A stretch of 64,000 nt of DNA from Candidatus Latescibacterota bacterium (GCA_965221775.1 CBDCSU010000006.1:2272001-2336000), one strand, 5' to 3'. Numbered from the stretch's first letter, positions 1-9,686 are shown. The notes: generated by a model from the sequence alone, not told the origin. Translations and numbers: made by a program.

Positions 1-636
1 CAGGTACTGGGCGACGGTCCAGTGGAACTCGAACTGGCGGACCTCGCCCGAACCTTCCTGGCGCAGGTCCTCGGCGACGTCGTACTCGTGGGGACCGTTG
101 TCATGGTAGCTGCACATGACCTCCAGCCGGTCCTCCCGGTCCTTCCAGATCCGCCGGAAGGGATGGTACTCGGTGATGAGGAAGAGGCCGCCGGGCCGCA
201 GGATGCGGATCGCCTCGCGGTAGAAGCATCTCAGGTCCGAGACCCAGACGCCGACGTGGTCCGCCGTGTATGCGAGATCGAAGCGCCCGCTCTCCAGGCC
301 ATGGAGATCGGTGACATCCGCCTCCACGAAGGCGACCTCCAGGCCCAGCTCGGCGGCGCGGTCCCGGGCGACGGCCAGTTGGCCGGAAGAGATGTCCACC
401 GAGGTCACACGGGCGCCCATTCCGGCGAAGGCGAAGACGGCGAGGTTGTCGCCGCTGCCGAGGACGCAGACCTCCTGGTTCTCCAGGTCTCCGAGCAGGT
501 CGAGTTCCTGCTCCAGAAAGACCTTCTCCGGCTGCCGGGGAGCGGTCCGCCAGAGGTCGCGCCGGTCCATCCTGGCCGCGTACTCGGGAGCTGCCAGGTT
601 CCAGCGGTCCCTGTTGGCGCGGTGATATCGATTCAA
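1..636 (-). CDS. Class I SAM-dependent methyltransferase (3' end runs off the window)
   Basis: Not in ORF track because it has no stop in the window. Manual translation from TTG at 636: MNRYHRANRDRWN...VCVLGSGDNLAVFAFAGMGARVTSVDIS...VEADVTDL...FDLAY...ILRPGGLFLITEYHP, containing SAM motif I and LRPGG. Confidence 0.85.
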   Translation of the reverse strand, partial: MNRYHRANRDRWNLAAPEYAARMDRRDLWRTAPRQPEKVFLEQELDLLGDLENQEVCVLGSGDNLAVFAFAGMGARVTSVDISSGQLAVARDRAAELGLEVAFVEADVTDLHGLESGRFDLAYTADHVGVWVSDLRCFYREAIRILRPGGLFLITEYHPFRRIWKDREDRLEVMCSYHDNGPHEYDVAEDLRQEGSGEVRQFEFHWTVAQYL

Positions 637-686
637 AGGGGACTCGAACAGCGGGGGCTCGGCGCCGTCACGGCCCGGCGGGATCT

Positions 687-3473
687 CTACCGGGAAAAGG
701 ACAGGCGCACGTACATGTAGCGGCCGAGGAAGTCGTAGGTGTTGGAGTCGGAGGTGCCGAGGAAGCCGTTGAAGATCACCGCGGGGGGCTCATCGAGCAG
801 GTTGTTGATGCCGACGGTCAGCACCGTTTGCCCGAGGTTCGTGTTCAGCTTGCAGGAGCCGCGCAGATTGAAGGTGCTGTTGGCCTCGACCTCGCGGCTG
901 ACCGGCTCGTCCACTTCGTCGCGGTAGAAGCCCTTGCAGTCGTCGTCCTCGCACTCCAGGAAGCCGCCCGTGTAGCGCCAGGCAAGGCCCACGGAGTACC
1001 CCGCCCTGGCCAGGGTCACGGAGGCGTTGTGCCGCCAGTCCGGGAACACCCCGAGGTCGTAGTAGCCCTTGCCCTGGACCAGTTCAGGACCATCGGGCGT
1101 GGGCAGGGTCGTGTCGTAGTTGAACAGGAGGTTGCTCTCCAGCTGCGTCGAGATGATGCCGAAGGGCAGGTCGGTCACGTGGCTGACGCCGAAATCGATG
1201 CCGCTGGTCTCGGTCTCGCCGATGTTGGTGGCGGTGGCCAGAACCCGACGGATCAGATGGTTGTCGTCGCGGATCACCTGGTCGCAGTGGGAGGGCGAGT
1301 CCTGGGAATAGCAGTTGCTCAGGATGAGGCCGGCCCCGAGGGCGCCGATCTCGTCCTCGATGGTGGCGGTGTAGTAGTCGGCGGTCAGGTCGAGGCCGTC
1401 CACGAACCCGGGCTGATAGACGATGCCCGCTGTGAGCATGTGGGCCTTTTCGGGATCGAGCTCGGTCGAGCCTCCCAACTTGGCCGCCAGCTGGGCCCTC
1501 GAGTCCTCGAAGTCGGCGGGGACGCCGTGGGCGGCGCAGTTGCGCTTCTGAAGATCGGTCAGCTCCCGGGCGTTGCCGGCTTCGTCCACCGTGCTGCAGG
1601 GATCGCTCACCAGGGGGAAGGAATCGGTGGAGCCGAGGAACATCTCGCCGATGCTGGGAGCGCGGAAAGCGTTCGACATGGTGGCCCGGAGGGCGATCCC
1701 GCCCGGGAGCTGGATATGGGAGCCGCCCTCATAGGTGAAGCCCGTGCCGAAGGTGTCGTAGTCGAAGGCGCGTGCGGCGGCGGTGAGATCGAGGCTCACC
1801 GGCTCTGCCTTGTAGACCGGCACCCGGGTCTCGATGTACGCGTCCCTGACCTCGTACGAGCCGTCGGTGGGCGCCTGCTTGCTGCCCGTCGTGTTCCCCG
1901 ACGCGGTCAGGGGATCGGGGATGTAGGCTCCCGCCTCCCGGCGCCAGGAGGCGCCGGCGGCCGCGGCCAGGGGGCCGGCGGGCAGGCGGGTCACGTCGCC
2001 GGTCAGGTTGTACTGCAGGATCTGCTGCCGCGAGTACCCCCTGGCTATGCCGGTGTACTGGATGTACTGGAGCATCTCCCGGGTGATGGTGCCGGCGCCG
2101 TGGAGGATGTCCAGCGGCACGCAATCGTCGGTGCAGTCCTCGTCCGGACCGAGGGCCCTGGCCAGGTTGCTGCGGATGAAACGGCCCTCGTTGACGTTGG
2201 TGCCCTCCGTGCGTCCGTAGGAGAAGGAGAGGTCTCCCTCGTAGCCCATGAGCTTGTGGCCAAAGCCCAGGACCAGGCGGTAGGTATCGATGTCCTGGAG
2301 GTAGTTGCGGTTGCTGGCCTCGACGAAGCGCCGGCGCACGTCGATGAAGTCGCGGCCGAACTCGTTGTAGCGGTTGGCGGCCGACACCGATATGTCCTCG
2401 AAGTGGATGAACAGGGGCGTGGGGGCCAGCTTCTGGTCCGACTGGCGGTTGGTGTAGAGCATCTCGAAGTAGGCCGTCATGCCGCGGCCCACGCTCCGAG
2501 AGCCGCCGAGGAAGGAGCTGTAGCGGGTCTGCGGAGTGTAGAGGTAGTTTTCGGGCTGGTAGTTGTAGAGATCGCCGCTGCCGTCGGAGGAGATCCCTTG
2601 CGGGTTGAAGGGGCGCCAGCCGGTCTCCGGATCGAGGTGGTAGGCCCCGGCGTCGTCGGTGGCCGCCACGAGGGCCTGCCAGGCTTCGTTGCCCACCTCG
2701 TCGAGGCGGTCGATGATGTGGCCTTCCGGCGTGGCCGAGCTGCCGTTCTTGTTGTACGTGCCGTCGTTGAGGCTCCAGTTGTAGGCCTTGTCGGTCTCGC
2801 TGAAGCTGCGGCGGCCGGTCCACACCGGCTCGCGGTTGTGGTAGCTCGCCGAGAACAGGATGTGGCCCTTGTCGCTCTGCACGCCGTAGCTCACGGAGAC
2901 GTCCCGGGCCTCCCCGTCGCCGGCGCCGGAGATCCCCTCGTAGAGATCGACCTCGAGCCCCTCCAAGGCGGAGCGGGTGATGATGTTCACCACGCCGCCC
3001 ACGGCGTCCGACCCGTACACCGCCGAGGCCCCGTCCTTGAGGACTTCGACGCGGTCGATGACGGAGGCGGGGATGGAGTTCAGGTCGACGGAGCCGTTGG
3101 CCCCGGTCCCTCCGGCCACGAAGCGCCGGCCGTTGAGCAGCACCAAGGTGCGCTGGGTGCCCAGGCCTCGCAGGCTGATGCGGGTGGAGCCGTCGCCGCC
3201 GTTGTTGGCCTGCGTGTTGATGGCGTTGGACTGCACGGTGAGGGTCTGCAGCACGTCACCGATGGAAGCCAGGCCACGGGCCCGGATCTCCTCCGTGGAC
3301 ATGACCACCATCGGCGCCGGTGACAGGCTCTCCTCGCTCTTGATGCGCGAGCCCGTCACCGTGACCTCCTCGAGCTGGTAGATCTTCCGCTCTTCGGCTT
3401 CCTCCTGGGCGAGGGCCCCCACGGACAGGACGCCGCCGGCGAGTGCTGCAAGGACTGCATGCCTGGTGCCCAT
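687..3473 (-). CDS. TonB-dependent receptor
   Basis: Signal peptide from ATG 3473 (MGTRHAVLAALAGG...ALAQ), TonB box EEVTVTGSR, plug motifs LRGLG and RVEVLKDGASAVYGSDAVGGVVNIIT, C-terminal GINNLLD...GRYMYVRLSF. Confidence 0.95.
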   Translation of the reverse strand: MGTRHAVLAALAGGVLSVGALAQEEAEERKIYQLEEVTVTGSRIKSEESLSPAPMVVMSTEEIRARGLASIGDVLQTLTVQSNAINTQANNGGDGSTRISLRGLGTQRTLVLLNGRRFVAGGTGANGSVDLNSIPASVIDRVEVLKDGASAVYGSDAVGGVVNIITRSALEGLEVDLYEGISGAGDGEARDVSVSYGVQSDKGHILFSASYHNREPVWTGRRSFSETDKAYNWSLNDGTYNKNGSSATPEGHIIDRLDEVGNEAWQALVAATDDAGAYHLDPETGWRPFNPQGISSDGSGDLYNYQPENYLYTPQTRYSSFLGGSRSVGRGMTAYFEMLYTNRQSDQKLAPTPLFIHFEDISVSAANRYNEFGRDFIDVRRRFVEASNRNYLQDIDTYRLVLGFGHKLMGYEGDLSFSYGRTEGTNVNEGRFIRSNLARALGPDEDCTDDCVPLDILHGAGTITREMLQYIQYTGIARGYSRQQILQYNLTGDVTRLPAGPLAAAAGASWRREAGAYIPDPLTASGNTTGSKQAPTDGSYEVRDAYIETRVPVYKAEPVSLDLTAAARAFDYDTFGTGFTYEGGSHIQLPGGIALRATMSNAFRAPSIGEMFLGSTDSFPLVSDPCSTVDEAGNARELTDLQKRNCAAHGVPADFEDSRAQLAAKLGGSTELDPEKAHMLTAGIVYQPGFVDGLDLTADYYTATIEDEIGALGAGLILSNCYSQDSPSHCDQVIRDDNHLIRRVLATATNIGETETSGIDFGVSHVTDLPFGIISTQLESNLLFNYDTTLPTPDGPELVQGKGYYDLGVFPDWRHNASVTLARAGYSVGLAWRYTGGFLECEDDDCKGFYRDEVDEPVSREVEANSTFNLRGSCKLNTNLGQTVLTVGINNLLDEPPAVIFNGFLGTSDSNTYDFLGRYMYVRLSFSR

Positions 3474-3596
3474 GGTCCGTCCCTTCCCTGGGGCCGCGGT
3501 ATCTCGGCGCGCGCGGACGAGCCACATAGAGTGCAAACCCCGACCGACGGTCAAGATCCGTGCGACGGCCGAAATGAGTGGGGTCCGGCCCTTCCC

Positions 3597-4265
3597 TCAG
3601 CCCTGCCGCCTCCTCATTTCCGCCACCGTGAAGTCGGGGGAGCTGTAGAAGGCGTGGATGCCGGCCTCCATGTCGCGGACCTCGGCGGCGACCTTGGCGA
3701 CCTGCTCCGCGTCCTTCACCGGAATGCGCACGCAACCATCGAGATCGGCCAACAGCAGGTCACCGGCCTGGATCCGCAGCTGTCCGGCGGTGACCGAGCC
3801 CCCGCAGCGTACCAGGTGGAAGACGCCGTGGCCGGGGACCGCGCCCCAGGCCCACACGGGAAGTCCGAAGCGCCGGATCCCGGGCAGGTCGCGGGCGGTG
3901 CCGTCGACGATGGCGCCGGTCACGCCCAGCCGCTTGTGGAGGGCGGCCATGCCGTCGCCGATGCAGGCTCCCCGGCCCGGCCGCGAGTCCACGTCCTGAA
4001 TGACCGCGACCATCGGTCCGTCGAAAGCCTCCAGGCCCTCGTAGTAGTCGGTCCAGGGGATCTGCGGCGAGTCGGGATCGTTGGTCGTGACCTCGGCGGT
4101 GACGGCGTAGCCCACCGCCGGACCCAGGTCCGGGAGCAGGCAGCGGATGGTGTGGTCGGTGTACTCCTCGTTCGGCAGGCCGGTGATCTCTGCAAGGGCG
4201 TTGAAGAGGGTGGGGGAGTCGAACCGGCTCAGGGCCTCGACGACTGCGGGGTCGGTGCGGGTCAT
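3597..4265 (-). CDS. RraA / HMG-aldolase family protein
   Basis: C-terminal part of ORF 3597..4724 starting at ATG 4265; motifs GYAVTA, ACIGDGMA, GAIVDGTARD, IQAGDLLLADLDGCV. Confidence 0.85.
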   Translation of the reverse strand: MTRTDPAVVEALSRFDSPTLFNALAEITGLPNEEYTDHTIRCLLPDLGPAVGYAVTAEVTTNDPDSPQIPWTDYYEGLEAFDGPMVAVIQDVDSRPGRGACIGDGMAALHKRLGVTGAIVDGTARDLPGIRRFGLPVWAWGAVPGHGVFHLVRCGGSVTAGQLRIQAGDLLLADLDGCVRIPVKDAEQVAKVAAEVRDMEAGIHAFYSSPDFTVAEMRRRQG

Positions 4266-4288
4266 GGCATCTCTCTCGCCGTTGGGAT

Positions 4289-4813
4289 TCACAGCACCAG
4301 CTCGACCAGGCTCAGGCTCTTCCTGTCGAGCTCGCGGAGGTCGGGAATCTCGAAACGATTGCCGTCCACGTCGACCAGCAGCAAGCGGTGCTCTCCCATC
4401 CACTGGGCGCTCTCGGCGGCGTTCTGGACGACGAACTCGCGCCGGCCGCGGTTGGTCTCCACGTCCCAGTAGGAGGTGCCGAACTCGTTGCGCATGGACA
4501 GCACCCGCTGCACCGCGGAGGTCAGGTAGCGCCGGTCGAGCTCCGCCTCGACGATGGCGCGCATCTCCCCGTCGAGCTCCTTGAGGTCGGGGATCATGCA
4601 GACCTCCTCGTCCTTCTCGTCGAGGAGGGAGATGTAGCGGGCCGGATGGGACAGGGGCGCCGCGCGCACGACCTTGACGCGGGTGTAGGACCGGTCGCCG
4701 TCGATGGTGAGCCGCAGCATCCACGGCGGCTCGCGGAAGAGCCGCACCCGGGAGATGTCGACCTCCTCCGGGTGGGTCACCGTGATCGGCGCCGGCTGGT
4801 GCCCGGCCGTCAT
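4289..4813 (-). CDS. DUF1854 family protein
   Basis: ATG 4813 overlaps the ABC stop (ATGA); motifs VVRAAPLSHP..YISLLD, ELDRRY, YWDVETNRGRREF, LLLVDVDGNRFEIPD. Confidence 0.85.
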   Translation of the reverse strand: MTAGHQPAPITVTHPEEVDISRVRLFREPPWMLRLTIDGDRSYTRVKVVRAAPLSHPARYISLLDEKDEEVCMIPDLKELDGEMRAIVEAELDRRYLTSAVQRVLSMRNEFGTSYWDVETNRGRREFVVQNAAESAQWMGEHRLLLVDVDGNRFEIPDLRELDRKSLSLVELVL

Positions 4814-7083
4814 CCGCTCACGGCCATGACGGCCGTGGTCTCCTGCTGGGTCTTGACGAGCTTGTAGAAGAAGCCCTCGCGCCGCATCAGCTCCTCGTGG
4901 GTTCCGGTCTCGACGATGCGGCCGCCGTCGAGGACGACCAGCCGGTCGGCGGACCTCAGCGTCGACAGCCGGTGGGCGATGGCGAAGGTGGTCCGTCCTT
5001 CCACCAGCCTCGCGATCGCCTCCTGGATCTTCTTCTCCGTGGGCGTGTCCAGGGAGGAGGTCGCCTCGTCGAGGATCAGGATCTTCGGGTCGTGCAGGAT
5101 CGCCCGGGCGATGGCGATGCGCTGCCGCTCGCCCCCGGAGAGCCGGCTGCCCTGCTCGCCGACCACCATGTCGTAGCCGTCGGGCAGCTTGATGATGAAC
5201 TCGTGAGCGTTGGCCGCCCTCGCCGCGCGCAGGACCTCGTCGAAGGAGGCGCCGGGCTTGCCGTAGGCGATGTTCTCGGCCACCGTGCCGTTGAACAGGA
5301 ACGACTGCTGCGCCACCAGTCCGATCTGGGAGCGCAGGTCCTCGAGCCGCAGGCGGCGGATGTCGACGCCGTCGATCTCCAGCCGGCCGCGGGTGACGTC
5401 GTAGAACCGGCACAGGAGGTGGATCAAGGTCGACTTGCCGGCCCCGGACTTGCCCACGAGGCCGATCATCTCGCCGGGCTCGACCTCGAGATCCGCCTCG
5501 CGCAGGACCGGCTTGCCGGGATCGTAGCCGAAGAAGGCGCCGCGGAAGCGCACGCGGCCTTCGAGGCCCGGCCTCGGCAGGGCCCGCGGATCGTCGAAGG
5601 GCTCGGAGCGGGCGTCGATGACCTCGAAGATCCGCTCGGCGCCGGCATAGGCCCGCATCATGAACCCGTAGAAGTCGCCGAACCACTTCAGCGGCTGATA
5701 GAGCATCATGATGTACATGATGAAGGCCCAGAGCTCACCCGGTTTGAGTCCGCCCAGCACCACCTGCTGTCCGCCGAAGTACCAGACGAAGAACACGCCG
5801 GCGCTCATGAACAAGTTGGTAGTCATCCAGAACACCAGCCAGTGGCGCTCGGCGCTGACGCTCACGTCGCGCAGGTCGGTGTTGCGGCGCTCGAAGCGCT
5901 CGCCCTCGCGCTGCTCCTGGGCGAAGGCCTTGACCACGCGGATGCCGCGGATCGACTCGTTGAGGTGCGACGACAGGCGCGACCAGCGGGTGGAGAACCG
6001 CATCCAGTGCAGCTCCATGCGGTTCCAGATCAGCGTCGAGACGGCGAGGATCGCCGGGATCGGCAGCAGCACCCACAGGGTCAGCTCCCAGTTGGTGTAC
6101 AGCATGATGCCGAGGATCGTAACGACCAGCAGCCCGTTGCTGACCACGAAGGGGATGTCGAAGATCAGGTACTCCTCCACCAGGTCGGAGTCGTTCGACA
6201 TGCGCGAGATCAGGGCCCCCACCTTGCGCTTGTCGTAGAACCGCAAGGGCAGGAACTGCAGCGCCCGGTAGAGCTCGGCCCGCATCGCCTCGATGGCGCG
6301 GAAGCCGATCCAGTTGCCCACCCAGCGGCGGCCGACCCAGGCGCACCAGGCGAAGACGTTGATGGCCAGCAGGCCGAGGACGTACTCCACCAGCACGCCG
6401 TACTTCGCCCGCGGCTCCAGCTCCTCGCTGACGAGCACGTCGTCGATGACGACCATCGAGACCAGGGGAGGAAGCACATCGACGACGGTCTCGACGATCA
6501 GCAGCGCCAGCAGCAGGGCCGCGCGGCCCTTGTACGGCGCCATGTAGCGCAGCAGGCGCCCGAGGGTGCTCAGCTTGCTCACGCAGGCCGGGCAGACGCC
6601 GTCCTTCTCGGGCAGCACGCGGCCGCAGCGCTCGCAGCGGCTGCGCTCGACCTCGGTGGCCAGGTTCGGTGCCTCCCCCGCGGCCAGCTGGTTCAGACTC
6701 TCGGCGACCTCGGCGAACCTGGCGGCCAGGCTGTTGGAGTAGTACAGGTGCGCCGGCGCCCCCCGGCGGCGCTCGACCTCCATGCGTCCGCCGCCGACGA
6801 GGGCCTCCACCCGGGCGGCGCGCACCTCGGCGAGGGGGACCTCCTCGACCGCCGCAAGCTCGCCGCCGCTGCCGGAGGCCGGGAGCAGCAGCACCCTGCG
6901 GTCGGTGATCACCAGCCAGCCCTCGGCGTAGACGCCGTCCCCCGACATGTCCGTGGCCACCCGGACCCAGACCGGCTCGTCCGCCTCCGTCCGGCGGCGG
7001 ACCCGCTCCTCCACCGCCGCCGGCGCGGGCTCGCGGAAGGGCGACGGCCCGTCGGTGATCAGCTCTGTCGTGGTCGGCTTCAT
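4810..7083 (-). CDS. Exporter-fold ABC transporter (TMD+NBD) with N-terminal PH-like domain and Zn ribbon
   Basis: Walker A GKSGAGKST, signature LSGGERQR, Walker B ILILDEATS, AHRLST; N-terminal WLVITDRRV; CERC..CPAC. Confidence 0.95.
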   Translation of the reverse strand: MKPTTTELITDGPSPFREPAPAAVEERVRRRTEADEPVWVRVATDMSGDGVYAEGWLVITDRRVLLLPASGSGGELAAVEEVPLAEVRAARVEALVGGGRMEVERRRGAPAHLYYSNSLAARFAEVAESLNQLAAGEAPNLATEVERSRCERCGRVLPEKDGVCPACVSKLSTLGRLLRYMAPYKGRAALLLALLIVETVVDVLPPLVSMVVIDDVLVSEELEPRAKYGVLVEYVLGLLAINVFAWCAWVGRRWVGNWIGFRAIEAMRAELYRALQFLPLRFYDKRKVGALISRMSNDSDLVEEYLIFDIPFVVSNGLLVVTILGIMLYTNWELTLWVLLPIPAILAVSTLIWNRMELHWMRFSTRWSRLSSHLNESIRGIRVVKAFAQEQREGERFERRNTDLRDVSVSAERHWLVFWMTTNLFMSAGVFFVWYFGGQQVVLGGLKPGELWAFIMYIMMLYQPLKWFGDFYGFMMRAYAGAERIFEVIDARSEPFDDPRALPRPGLEGRVRFRGAFFGYDPGKPVLREADLEVEPGEMIGLVGKSGAGKSTLIHLLCRFYDVTRGRLEIDGVDIRRLRLEDLRSQIGLVAQQSFLFNGTVAENIAYGKPGASFDEVLRAARAANAHEFIIKLPDGYDMVVGEQGSRLSGGERQRIAIARAILHDPKILILDEATSSLDTPTEKKIQEAIARLVEGRTTFAIAHRLSTLRSADRLVVLDGGRIVETGTHEELMRREGFFYKLVKTQQETTAVMAVSG

Positions 7084-7087
7084 GGGC

Positions 7088-9343
7088 TCAATCGGCGACG
7101 GCGATGATCCTCGAGGCCTCCTGCTGCATCCGCACGAGGCCGTGGAAGACGCCGCGCCGCTCCATCAGCTCCTCGTGGCTGCCCACCTCGACGATCCGTC
7201 CCTCCTCCAGCACCACCAGGCGCTCCGCGTCCCTCAGGGTCGACAGCCTGTGGGCGATGGCGAAGGTGGTGCGGCCTCTCACCATGCGGTGCACGGCCTG
7301 CTGGATCTGCTTTTCCGTCTCCACGTCCACCGACGAGGTCGCCTCGTCGAGGATCAGGATCTTCGGGTCGTGGAGCATGGCCCGGGCGATGGCCACCCGC
7401 TGGCGCTCGCCGCCGGAGAGGCTGTTGCCCTGCTCTCCGACCTGGGTCTCGTAGCCGTCGGGCTTGGCGACGATGAAGTTGTGGGCGTTGGCCAGCCGGG
7501 CGGCGGAGACGATCTCCTCGAACTTCGCCCCCGGCTTTCCGTAGCCGATGTTCTCGGCGATGGTCCCGGAGAACAGCACCGGCTCCTGGGAGACGATGCC
7601 GATCTGGCGCCGCAGGTCGCGCAGGTTGATGCGGCGTATGTCGACGCCGTCGATCTCGATGGAGCCGTGATCGACATCGTAGAACCGGGCGATGAGGTTC
7701 ACCGTCGTCGTCTTGCCGACGCCGGAGCGCCCCACGAGTCCGATCATCTCCTCGGCGCCCACGTCGAGGTCGATGCCTTTGAGAACCGGCTTGCTCTTGT
7801 CGTAGCCGAAGGTCGCGTCGGCGAACCGGATCCGTCCCTGCATCCCGGGCATGCGCACGGCCCGGGCGTCGTCGTACGACTCGGGTACGGTGTCGATGAC
7901 CTCGAAGACGCGCTCGGCGCCGGCGAAGGCCCGCGTCATCCAGGAGTTGACCTGGCCGAACCACTCCAGGGGCTCGTAGATCTTCGCCATGCACCAGCTG
8001 ATGGCCAGCAGGGTGCCGATGGTCAGCTCGCCGGCGATCACATCCTGGCCGCCGAAGTACCAGATGATGATCGCGCCGAGGCCGGTGAGGAAGGAGATGG
8101 TGGCGAAGAACACGGTGCGGTTGACGCCCGTGCGCACGCTGATCCCGGTGATCTTGCGGTTCAGGCGCGCAAAGGCGCCGATCTCGCGGCCCTCCTGGGC
8201 GAAGGCCTTGACCACGCGGATGCCGGTGAGGGCCTCGGCGGTGCGATCGGTCAGGTTCGACCACATCTCGCCCCAGCGCGTGAAGAGCCGGCGCAGGCGC
8301 CTCCAGAACACGGCGCCCCAGACCAGGATGAAGGGCACCGGGACCAGGATGTAGAGAGTCAGCTCCCAGTTCAGCCAGAGCAGGACCCCCAGGATGACGA
8401 GGATGACCAGGGCGTTGATGACGAGGTAGGGGAGACCGTCGACGAGGAAGTCCTGGAGCCGGCCCGTGTCGCGGGTGACCCGCGACATGAGGGCCCCCAC
8501 CTTGCGCTTGTCGTAGAACTGCAGCGACAGCATCTCCAGCCGGCGGTAGAGCTCGCCGCGGATGTCGGCCGTGGCCCGGGCCCCGAGCCAGGCGGCGATC
8601 CACCCGTGGACCCACTCGGCGGCCCAGCTGACGAGGCGGATCCCCACCAGGGCCAGAACCAGAAAGCCCAGCAGCCGGAGGCGGGACTCCGGATCTGCCG
8701 GGCTGTCGTCGGCGGCCTCCACGGGCACCAGGACCTTGTCGAAGAAATGCTTGATCACCCACGGTGACGCCGCCTCGGCCCCGGTGGTGACCAGGGAGGC
8801 GACAGCCAGGGTCACGACCTTCCACGGGTACGGCGCCATGTAGCGCGAGATGCGCTTGAGGGTGGACCACTTGCGGATGCAGGCGGGACAGACGCCGTCG
8901 CGCTCCGGCAGCAGCCGGGAGCACTTCCCGCACCGGAGGCGCTCGAGGCGCGGGTTGATGAGGAAGGGCTCGCCGGCGCGCAGCTGCTCCAGCCCCCGGG
9001 CCACCTCGGAGAACTTCTCCCCCATGGACTGGGTGTAGGGGACGGCCACGGTGGGGGCCGAGCGGCGCTCGATCTCGAGCCGTCCACCGCCGACGAGGAG
9101 CTCCGTACGCACCCGGGTCACCTCGGCCAGGGGGATCGACAGGGCGCCGTTGGCCGAGGGCTCGTCGACGACGACGATGCGGCGGGAGGATGCGGCCAGC
9201 CAGCGGCAGCCGAAGGCCCTGCCTTCCGCCTCCATGTCGGCCTGGACCTGGATCAGGGCCTCCTCCCTTTCCAGGGCGGCCAGGATCCTGGCCTCAACCT
9301 CGGGAGAGACGGCCTCGATCAGTCGTGATTCCGGGCTCGTCAT
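7088..9343 (-). CDS. Exporter-fold ABC transporter (TMD+NBD) with N-terminal PH-like domain and Zn ribbon; paralog of the downstream gene
   Basis: GRSGVGKTT, LSGGERQR, ILILDEATS, AHRLST; CGKC..CPAC. Confidence 0.95.
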   Translation of the reverse strand: MTSPESRLIEAVSPEVEARILAALEREEALIQVQADMEAEGRAFGCRWLAASSRRIVVVDEPSANGALSIPLAEVTRVRTELLVGGGRLEIERRSAPTVAVPYTQSMGEKFSEVARGLEQLRAGEPFLINPRLERLRCGKCSRLLPERDGVCPACIRKWSTLKRISRYMAPYPWKVVTLAVASLVTTGAEAASPWVIKHFFDKVLVPVEAADDSPADPESRLRLLGFLVLALVGIRLVSWAAEWVHGWIAAWLGARATADIRGELYRRLEMLSLQFYDKRKVGALMSRVTRDTGRLQDFLVDGLPYLVINALVILVILGVLLWLNWELTLYILVPVPFILVWGAVFWRRLRRLFTRWGEMWSNLTDRTAEALTGIRVVKAFAQEGREIGAFARLNRKITGISVRTGVNRTVFFATISFLTGLGAIIIWYFGGQDVIAGELTIGTLLAISWCMAKIYEPLEWFGQVNSWMTRAFAGAERVFEVIDTVPESYDDARAVRMPGMQGRIRFADATFGYDKSKPVLKGIDLDVGAEEMIGLVGRSGVGKTTTVNLIARFYDVDHGSIEIDGVDIRRINLRDLRRQIGIVSQEPVLFSGTIAENIGYGKPGAKFEEIVSAARLANAHNFIVAKPDGYETQVGEQGNSLSGGERQRVAIARAMLHDPKILILDEATSSVDVETEKQIQQAVHRMVRGRTTFAIAHRLSTLRDAERLVVLEEGRIVEVGSHEELMERRGVFHGLVRMQQEASRIIAVAD

Positions 9344-9388
9344 GGCGCGAAAAGGTACGCACCGGGGGGGTGCGGCGAGTCGAGGAAA

Positions 9389-9430
9389 CAGCGCCCGCCG
9401 GCCCGGAGGCGTCCGGACCGGCGGGCGTTG
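9389..9430 (-). terminator. Long GC hairpin, probable terminator of the HTH gene
   Basis: cagcgcccgccggcccgga-ggcg-tccggaccggcgggcgttg inverted repeat, followed on the minus strand by only a short U run. Confidence 0.5.
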
Positions 9431-9503
9431 GTCGATGATGGTTGCGCGGCTGCCGGGGGCAGCCCTCTCTCCGGCTCTCCCGTCGGAGCCGGATCCGTGT
9501 CTC

Positions 9504-9686
9504 CTAGGCCCGGGACCGCGCCGCCCGGCGGGCGTTGCGCTGGCGGGCGAAGGGCGTCTCGATACCGTACTGGCGGCAGAGGCGGCCGAAGGTGCCCCCC
9601 GCGATGCCCAGGGCCTTGCTGGCCTCGGAGTTGCTGTTGTAGACCCGGGCTGCTCTTTCGATCCACTCTCTCGGGACCTTCTGCAT
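9504..9686 (-). CDS. Small stand-alone Fis-like helix-turn-helix protein (60 aa)
   Basis: Strong RBS (gaggaaggag) before ATG 9686; SEASKALGIAGGTFGRLCRQYGIE resembles a Fis/HTH_8 motif. Confidence 0.75.
   Translation of the reverse strand: MQKVPREWIERAARVYNSNSEASKALGIAGGTFGRLCRQYGIETPFARQRNARRAARSRA

Noticed and set aside
22-720. 232-aa plus-strand ORF
   Set aside because: Antisense shadow of the minus-strand methyltransferase, which has clear motifs.
828-3323. 831-aa ORF and other long antisense or alternative-frame ORFs (e.g. 29057-31849, 51895-54720, 56813-60130)
   Set aside because: High-GC shadow ORFs overlapping well-supported genes; no motifs of their own.
3474-3596. Possible cobalamin riboswitch or Fur box before the TonB receptor
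   Set aside because: No B12 box or GATAAT-type palindrome; the region is short.
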